The notes under the pieces were generated by a model, which did not search any database, was not told the origin of the DNA, and saw nothing but the letters and a program-made list of their open reading frames with translations. Of a DNA stretch of 64,000 nt, positions 63,000 through 64,000 are shown piece after piece (the stretch's first letter is position 1; the number at the start of each line of letters is the position of its first letter). The position numbers and the translations under genes were made by a program. The DNA is from Thermodesulfobacteriota bacterium (GTDB lineage Bacteria > Desulfobacterota > Desulfobaccia > Desulfobaccales > 0-14-0-80-60-11). The stretch is taken from the NCBI GenBank assembly GCA_040757175.1, contig JBFLXM010000032.1:7448-71447 (forward strand), in the 5' to 3' direction.

Positions 63000-63787
63000 A
63001 AGCAGCCCGGTCGGTGTTACTTGAACTTGCCCACCTCTTGGGGGAATACCGTGAAGATATGGTACTGGTGGGAGGGTGGGTTCCGGAATTTATCTTCGCT
63101 AACAAGGTCAAGCCACACTGCGGCAGCATAGACGTGGATCTCGCCCTGGATCACCGCAAGCTCCAGGAGCAAGGATACAAGTCTATTCAGAAACTCCTCC
63201 TGAGCAGGGGATATGAGCAAGGAAAGCAACCATACATATTTCACAGACGGGTTTTCGTAGAAGACCAGGAGATTATTGTTCAGGTAGATTTGTTAGCCGG
63301 AGAATATGAAGGAACCGGGAAAAGTCACCGCACTCAAAGGATGCAAGATGTCCTGGCCCGCAAAGCCAGAGGATGCGATTTGGCTTTTGATATGGTTATG
63401 GAAGTGCCGATTGAGGGAGAACTTCCAGGGGGCGGCAAGGACTCTGTAACTATCCGGGTGGCTACGATAGTGCCATTTCTAATTATGAAAGGCATGGCTT
63501 TAGAGGACCGCTTGAAAGAAAAGGATTCCTGGGACATTTATTACAGCATAACAAACTATCCCGGTGGACTCGATGGTCTGGTTGAAGTATTCAGACCTTA
63601 TCTGAAACATGGATTGGTCCGGGAGGGATTGGAAAAAATTGCCAAGAAATTCGCAACGGAAAAAGATATAGGTCCGAAATTTGTCGCTGATTTTGAAGAG
63701 ATCACCGACCCGGAAGAACGTGAAATCTTGCAGCGTGACGCTTATGAGCGGGTGAACTACCTTCTGACAAAATTGGGTATCGTATGA
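62963..63787 (+). CDS. AbiEii-like nucleotidyltransferase (type IV TA toxin family)
   Basis: ..MVLVGGWVPEFIF..HCGSIDVDLALDH.. resembles the GG..x..S.DhD nucleotidyltransferase motif of the AbiEii/DUF1814-like family. Its position downstream of an AbiEi-like gene supports the call. Confidence 0.55.
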   Translation: MATRTDYNEIAVKAARSVLLELAHLLGEYREDMVLVGGWVPEFIFANKVKPHCGSIDVDLALDHRKLQEQGYKSIQKLLLSRGYEQGKQPYIFHRRVFVEDQEIIVQVDLLAGEYEGTGKSHRTQRMQDVLARKARGCDLAFDMVMEVPIEGELPGGGKDSVTIRVATIVPFLIMKGMALEDRLKEKDSWDIYYSITNYPGGLDGLVEVFRPYLKHGLVREGLEKIAKKFATEKDIGPKFVADFEEITDPEEREILQRDAYERVNYLLTKLGIV

Positions 63788-64000
63788 CGCAAAACTGAAA
63801 GAGGTGTTCCGAGGCTCCCTCAGAGTAAAGTATTCACCTGCCATATTTCTCCACGAGGGGGGCTTATCGAAGGAGTAGCATAAGTTGCAGGTATGGAGAT
63901 GGAACGATTTTAGATTCCTGACAATCCCAGCATCATAGTAGCATCATAGGGGATGATTTTTGCCTTGACGGTCCTGGACTGCCTCAAGCGATCACTTAAG

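Overview
This is a high-GC chromosomal segment from a dissimilatory sulfate/sulfite reducer. That call rests on gene content: dsrA-dsrB-dsrD-dsrN-ferredoxin at 13.3-17.9 kb, which is Desulfobacterota-like. Everything here comes from reading the sequence and ORF translations by eye; no database search was run. Left to right the window holds: a chemotaxis cluster (MCP, cheW, cheR, cheD, HDOD, cheY, cheX-like, cheB; no cheA in the window); housekeeping genes (HAD hydrolase, a rubredoxin missing from the ORF track, lepB); two M16 peptidases; the dsr operon; secA; argJ; nrdJ; hisIG; a hydantoinase-family gene; zur-znuACB-sodC; glmUS; a RAYT transposase flanked by REP hairpins; the F1/b-subunit half of the ATP synthase operon; rodA; recR-ybaB-dnaX; and tRNA-Ser(GGA). 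From about 55.8 kb to the right edge lies a lower-GC genomic island. It opens with a tRNA 3' fragment and a tyrosine integrase. It carries an uncharacterised GT2 / DUF4062-like / Zn-ribbon / HEAT cassette and an AbiE-like module. The most unusual non-coding signals are three. First, two tandem paralogous small-RNA candidates on the minus strand, each with a near-consensus sigma54 promoter and an intrinsic terminator (30.85-31.31 kb). Second, a pervasive set of heptanucleotide tandem arrays in at least five families that sit at gene boundaries, often as inverted arms around GC hairpins. Third, several REP hairpin families. Several toxin-antitoxin remnants are also present: hicBA, hicB with a truncated hicA, an orphan RHH antitoxin and an orphan MNT. 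Many long ORFs in the track are antisense shadows of real genes and were not called.
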